From Laetmonice hystrix (lineage: Eukaryota): a stretch of DNA of 64,000 nt. A program made the position numbers and the translations under genes. Where the stretch lies: contig OZ249436.1 in assembly GCA_965235115.1 (NCBI GenBank), forward strand, positions 18,354,001-18,418,000. The letters are read 5' to 3'. The notes beneath the pieces are model-generated. The model had not been told where the DNA came from. It did no database searches and was given only the letters and a program-made list of their open reading frames with translations. Positions 59,966 through 64,000 of the stretch are shown one piece after another (position 1 is the stretch's first letter; every line of letters begins with the position of its first letter).

Positions 59966-61184
59966 CGTTTCGTACGTTTCGGTAGGGTCAGAGATGTTGG
60001 TGCTAGGGTGGAAGATCTCTGGTAGGATGTCACTATTGTAGGTCTTGGCCTATTTGTAGTTGTCTGGGCCAGTTGTGTGGAATACGTTCTATTGGGTGCT
60101 GAACATTGCGTTAAGTTCCTGTGACTGGTGAATAGATATGTCGGGGTTGTGTTGGCTTATCAGTGATTTCAGCTTGGCGTGGTGGGTACCTGGGGACCGT
60201 CTTCTGCAGGGGTGTCCGGTCTTGTCCGAATAAGGCCTTACTGAAGGAAAAAGTTTACTGGTTTGGGGTCGGTGTTGCCCCAATATGTTGTGGTAGGTCA
60301 CATTAGGGTTTGTCTTTGTGCCGGTGAGTAGGTCGATGCAGGTTTGTGATGAGTTTAGAGACAGTCTTAGCTGGTATATCGCCCATGATAACATAAACCC
60401 CACGAAATTTGGTGGAAAGTAAAGATCCATGGCCCTGACCTTATCCCTAAACCCTAACCCCAGTCCCTATACACCTCCCAAAAACATATCCCTATCCTAT
60501 CCTTATCCCTATCCCTGACCTTAACCCTAACCCCTGCCCAAACATTTCGTGGAAAGTTATCATGGGGGAAGAACCTCTTAGCTCCACGTAGTGTGTCGGG
60601 TACGCAGTGCCCGCTTGTTCATGGGTCCTTGTCAGAAATACATTTGTACCTTTTTAGTACATCCTATTTGTGGTCGATCTGGTCGCAGCTGTGGTACAAT
60701 ACGTTGTAGGGGTTTACATGAAATACATTAAGGTTTGTCCCTGTCCTTTTGGGTAGGTATGGTCAGGACTTTCCTGACTTTAGAAGCTGTGCGAATTTCG
60801 TGACGTAGCGTGTTGGAGACTCGGTTCTCGCCCTTACATGGGTTCTTGTCAAAAAATTACCTCTTGTTAAAGTTGCCCTTAGGTGCCTTATTTCTGCTTA
60901 GTCTGGTGGGAGTTGTGGAACAATGCGTTGTTATAGTGTTACATTATGTTTTTCCCCTGGGCCTCTCGTTAGATTTGCTCAGTTCTGTTCTGGTTTCAGA
61001 AGCGGTCTTTGCGTGAGGTAGCGTGTCGGTGCTCTTGTGTCTAGCCGGTTTTCAGAAGTCCTTATCGGGAGGTGACCGGGCATGTACCTCAGTCTGAAGC
61101 AGGTTCTGTGGTTACCGTCCACTAGGACTATTTGGCTTAGACCGCAGGCTTCAGGGGTCACAGTTCGGTGGTGAGCCGTATACA

Positions 61185-61640
61185 AAGCCTGTGTCCACTT
61201 GAGCGGTATGTCGTGCGTCTTAACGCCGCGTGATACGCACAGTGAAACACGCGGCGGAATACGCGGCGGCGATGCTTGTCCACTTTGGCGTGAAATTACG
61301 GTCACTGATCATCATATCATATCATATAGGTTTGGGTTTTTCTCCACTTCTGTGATCAGATATGCTCAGTTGTTCGGTCGTCCGCCTTTCGAGACATCTT
61401 GGTGAATGGCCAGGTGCAATTCAGTGCCAACGCTTCACAAAACACGCGGCGTAATACGCGCAATAAATAGATTTTCTTTACCGAGCGTATCACGCGGCGG
61501 TGGGAGTGCGTGTTTTTTTGCCGCCACGCTCAGGTGGACACTCCTGCATTGGAATCTGTTGTTCTTTTACTAGGCGTTTTACCGCCGCGTATCACGCGGC
61601 GTTATGACGCGCGGCATACCGCTCAAGTGGACACAGGCCT
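61185..61640. mobile_element. MITE with ~55-bp TIRs
   Basis: GCCTGTGTCCACTTGAGCGGTATG / CATACCGCTCAAGTGGACACAGGC. Confidence 0.85.
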
Positions 61641-62115
61641 TTAGGCTTATGGCGCACATGTGGTATTATCCCTGGTATTGGTGCTGGTATGGGATAATAT
61701 GGTGTCATTATACATGTGATGCTACAAGTCATTCGTCTTGAATTATGTTATTATTGTATTGGGTACTGTTATTGGGTACTGTTGCGGGGTATTGTTGGGG
61801 GGGGGGGCTCTTATGGGGTGCTGGTATTGGGCCTGTTTATTGGATCCTGTTGGGTATTGTTGTTGTATATTGTTGTTGGGTACGATTATGGCCAAGTGTG
61901 GGTGTAGGCTGTTATTGGGGCGAGGTAGTGGATGGTGTTAGTAGATATTTTGGTAATGGGTATCGGGTAGCGCGTATTGTTATTGGGTAGTATTAGTGAG
62001 TATGGTTGTTGGTACTATTGTTAGCATTGGCAATGTTATTATTATAATGTTAACTGTTATCATTGATATTGTGATAATTATTATTATTATTGTTATTTTA
62101 TTGTTATTTTATTGT

Positions 62116-62383
62116 TATTATCCCATTTCCCTGACGGGGAAATGGGATTTTGATTTTGTATGGTTTCGTCTACACTATTATTATTATCCCATTTCCCTGA
62201 CGGGGAAATGGGATTTTGATTTTGTATGGTTTCGTCTACACTATTATTATTATCCCATTTCCCTGACGGGGAAATGGGATTTTGATTTTGTATGGTTTCG
62301 TCTACACTATTATTATTATTATCCCATTTCCCTGACGGGGAAATGGGATTTTGATTTTGTATGGTTTCGTCTACACTATTATT
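62116..62383 (+). repeat. 4 tandem copies (63-69 bp) of a Helentron-like 5' terminal hairpin module
   Basis: ATCCCATTTCCCTGACGGGGAAATGGGATTTTGATTTTGTATGGTTTCGTCTACAC(TAT)n at 62120, 62186, 62252 and 62321. Confidence 0.95.
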
Positions 62384-63345
62384 ATCCCATTCCCCTGTAC
62401 AGGGGAATGGGATTTTGAAGTTGTCGTGTTTGCGTGTACTTTATTATTATTATTATTATTATTGTGGTTGTAAGACAAGGGTCATATCTCAACAAGTTTT
62501 CAGAATATCTCAATGAAACTTGGCCGAACCATAGATCATGGGCCTAAGAGCTCATATCATTTTGCGTCAAGTCATATGACATACCGTCATGACGTTATGA
62601 CGTCATAAAGACGGTTTTTAAGGGCATGGAAGCCACCTCATCTTCGAGTACCAAGAGCATCTAGCCAAAAGTCATTCAAAGCAGGGCCTTAGCACTTAGG
62701 GGGCAATAATTTTCTTCATCAGTTTGACCTCTGTCCTATGACCTGTCTGACTTGAAGGTCAAAACATAGATAACAGTCAAAATGTTTCTCCTCTTTCATT
62801 TTTCGCAGACTCTTCTCCTGCTTTGGTTTATACCTTCTCCATATTGGGGCTGATCGACTGATGCCAAAATTTTTGAAATGTGACGTCATATGACCCAGTC
62901 ACCTGACATCAAAATTTGGTTCTTTGGCCAGTGTACCAGAATTAAGTCATAGCTCAACCAGTTTTCGACCGATCCCAATGAAACTTCGTGTGCTTTAACA
63001 GGGTGGGATGCAGAGCCAAATTTATGCAAATTTTCTTCAATGACGTAACAGTGACGTCATCCACCTAATTAAAATAGGACTTCAGTAGTTAAATAGATGT
63101 GATCCTCGATAGCTCAGTGGGTAATACACCCGACATAACGGCTGAAGATCATGGGTTCAATTCCCACCAAGGGCAGATCTTTTTTTTTTCGTTTTTCTTG
63201 TCACAAAGGCTGAAGATCATGGGTTCAATTCCCACCAAGGACAGATTTTTTTTTTCGTTTTTCTTGTCAGACAGTACAGCTCATCTCTTTAAATGCTTAG
63301 GAGGCCTAGGCAGGGGAAATGTTGTCATGTTTTTTTTTCTTTATT
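62384..63345 (+). mobile_element. Helentron-like element, diverged subfamily (3' end not located)
   Basis: hairpin head, (TTA)n, core motifs shared with 57258-59009, tRNA-like cassette. Confidence 0.6.
63103..63175 (+). pseudogene. tRNA-derived cassette in second Helentron-like subfamily
   Basis: TAGCTCAGTGG, GGTTCAATTCCC, T10 downstream; 3' half duplicated at ~63208-63270. Confidence 0.7.
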
Positions 63346-63709
63346 AATTTTTGATATAGAATTGGAGTACTGAGACAGTAGCGGTTTCTAACTCATTTTT
63401 CGAGTTATCTGGATGAAACTTGCAGTAAAAATTGACCACAGGAGGAATTCCTCGACTTATATAATAATACATCATGTGACACCATGACGTCATGAATACA
63501 TTATGAATAGTGCAACCTGGTACTGCACCAGGAAAAGCTATCCAGAATTCTTTTATGCCATCTTCGTGCCCCTTAGGGGTCTCTAAATGTTAAAATTCAT
63601 TTGACCTCTGACCTATGCCATTTGTCAGGTACAGATCACAGGTTTGGAAACAGTCAAAACTTTATTTATGTGGAAATGTTTTGACAAAATTGCTCACAAA
63701 ATTAAAACC

Positions 63710-63905
63710 ATTTTTTCTCTGGGGTTATGTGAAAACCAAGGTGTACACCAGTCCCCCAGGAACACTTGATGAACTTCGCAATCCCATAATCATAGCTTTT
63801 CAAGAAATTCTGCATGATATGGTAACCAGAGCAATCGAAAGTATGTGACGCCGAGCAGTGATCTGTGAAGGCAACCATGGATTCCATGTTGAAGAACTCT
63901 TTATG
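63710..63905 (+). pseudogene. Tc1/mariner transposase C-terminal fragment
   Basis: FFLWGYVKTKVYTSPPGTLDELRN.I..AF..I..(stop)RRAVIC..NHGFHVE. Confidence 0.8.
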
Positions 63906-64000
63906 GAGGATTAAATTCAGCAAAAATTACCCTTTGCATGCAAGAAATGCAATAAATGTTTTGTTTTAATTCTTAACCATCATGGAATTAACCATTAACA

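Noticed and set aside
59970..61180. Strand-biased region with weak LINE endonuclease-like peptide (KLKSLISQHNPDI) on the minus strand
   Set aside because: Too degenerate to assign without a profile search.
61640..62115. Hydrophobic/Gly-Cys-rich ORFs
   Set aside because: Low-complexity GT/TTA-rich sequence.
62116..62415. CRISPR-like look (palindromic repeat at regular spacing)
   Set aside because: Intervening sequences are identical, not unique spacers; eukaryotic DNA with no cas genes.

Overview
Eukaryotic (animal, probably marine invertebrate) genomic DNA, AT-rich and very transposon-dense. It carries one host gene on the + strand: VPS35L (C16orf62, Retriever complex subunit). I traced 25 coding exons by hand from 7904 to the stop at 45364, all with GT-AG junctions and consistent phases (~973 codons); the short ATG exon was not found and is probably upstream of the window. 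Nearly everything else is mobile DNA. This includes a hAT-type transposon with a 618-aa but C-terminally truncated transposase, several CA..TG MITEs with non-canonical 5-bp or 6-bp target-site duplications (TSDs), Kolobok-like (TTAA) and Harbinger-like (3-bp TSD) MITEs nested up to 4 levels, and a TGT..ACA (Ginger-like) element inflated by a 24-bp minisatellite. Decayed retroelements include Ngaro/DIRS tyrosine-recombinase elements, Gypsy pol fragments (one followed by an env-like remnant) and a 5'-truncated Tx1/L1-like LINE; there is also a Tc1/mariner remnant. The most unusual structure is at 57-63.5 kb: Helentron/DINE-like non-autonomous elements whose internal tandem repeats carry tRNA-derived Pol III cassettes (A box, B box, oligo-T). 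Most short ORFs in the supplied track are spurious. All family assignments come from motif recognition, not database searches.
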